A stretch of DNA of 17,069 bases, from the NCBI GenBank assembly GCA_964615185.1, contig CAZTOS010000045.1:2589-19657 (forward strand). Direction: 5' to 3'. This stretch comes from an uncultured Thermococci archaeon. Its GTDB lineage: Archaea > Methanobacteriota_B > Thermococci > Thermococcales > Thermococcaceae. This document shows positions 16,775 to 17,069 of this stretch, one piece after another (positions within the stretch are counted from its first letter, which is position 1; every line of letters starts with the position of its first letter). The notes under the pieces were generated by a model. The model saw only the letters and a program-made list of their open reading frames with translations. It did not search any database and had not been told where the DNA came from. Made by a program: the position numbers and the translations under genes.

Positions 16775-17069
16775 ATGGCACAATTGGTTGGACAAGGGGG
16801 ACAGCCCGTGATTATTTTACCGGAGGGAACTCAGAGATATGTTGGTAGGGATGCTCAGAGGTTAAACATCTTGGCTGCAAGAATAATAGCTGAAACTGTT
16901 AGAACAACCTTAGGACCAAAGGGTATGGATAAAATGCTTGTTGACAGCCTTGGTGACATCGTTATCACAAACGACGGTGCAACTATTTTGGACAAGATTG
17001 ATCTTCAGCATCCAGCTGCTAAAATGATGGTTGAGGTTGCTAAGACCCAGGACAAGGAGGCTGGTGACG
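16775..17069 (+). CDS. thsA: Thermosome (group II chaperonin) subunit, alpha-type; 5' portion only
   Basis: Not in the ORF track because it runs off the window. Translates [107 protein letters not shown] fits the Thermococcus alpha subunit as I recall it, rather than beta (LDEMDIQHP). Confidence 0.93.
   Translation, partial: MAQLVGQGGQPVIILPEGTQRYVGRDAQRLNILAARIIAETVRTTLGPKGMDKMLVDSLGDIVITNDGATILDKIDLQHPAAKMMVEVAKTQDKEAGD

Overview
Core chromosome of a Thermococcales archaeon, most likely Thermococcus, based on archaeal EF-1alpha and EF-2, an alpha-type thermosome, GGAGGTG ribosome-binding sites and BRE/TATA promoters. Gene order: 3' end of fusA (EF-2), tuf, rps10, tRNA-Ser(GGA); a stand-alone PqqD/RRE-like gene and an EamA transporter; panB (minus) divergent from archease and rtcB, which carries a 458-aa LAGLIDADG intein; a minus-strand four-gene ABC module (two paralogous permeases, an ATPase and a membrane-anchored multi-repeat NEW3/COG1470-type protein); ybjQ-like gene (minus); moaC; a hypothetical membrane protein (minus); an archaeal MutS-family ATPase; bud32 (minus); and the 5' end of a thermosome subunit. 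Most genes are housekeeping. The least explained elements are a GC-rich hairpin with a canonical-looking kink-turn and its own candidate TATA box between fusA and tuf, a perfect 16-bp palindrome at the predicted start of the ABC operon, the function-unknown ABC/NEW3 module, the orphan PqqD/RRE gene and the rtcB intein. I found no CRISPR array, transposase or integrase, and I cannot show from the sequence alone that any of these elements is previously undescribed.
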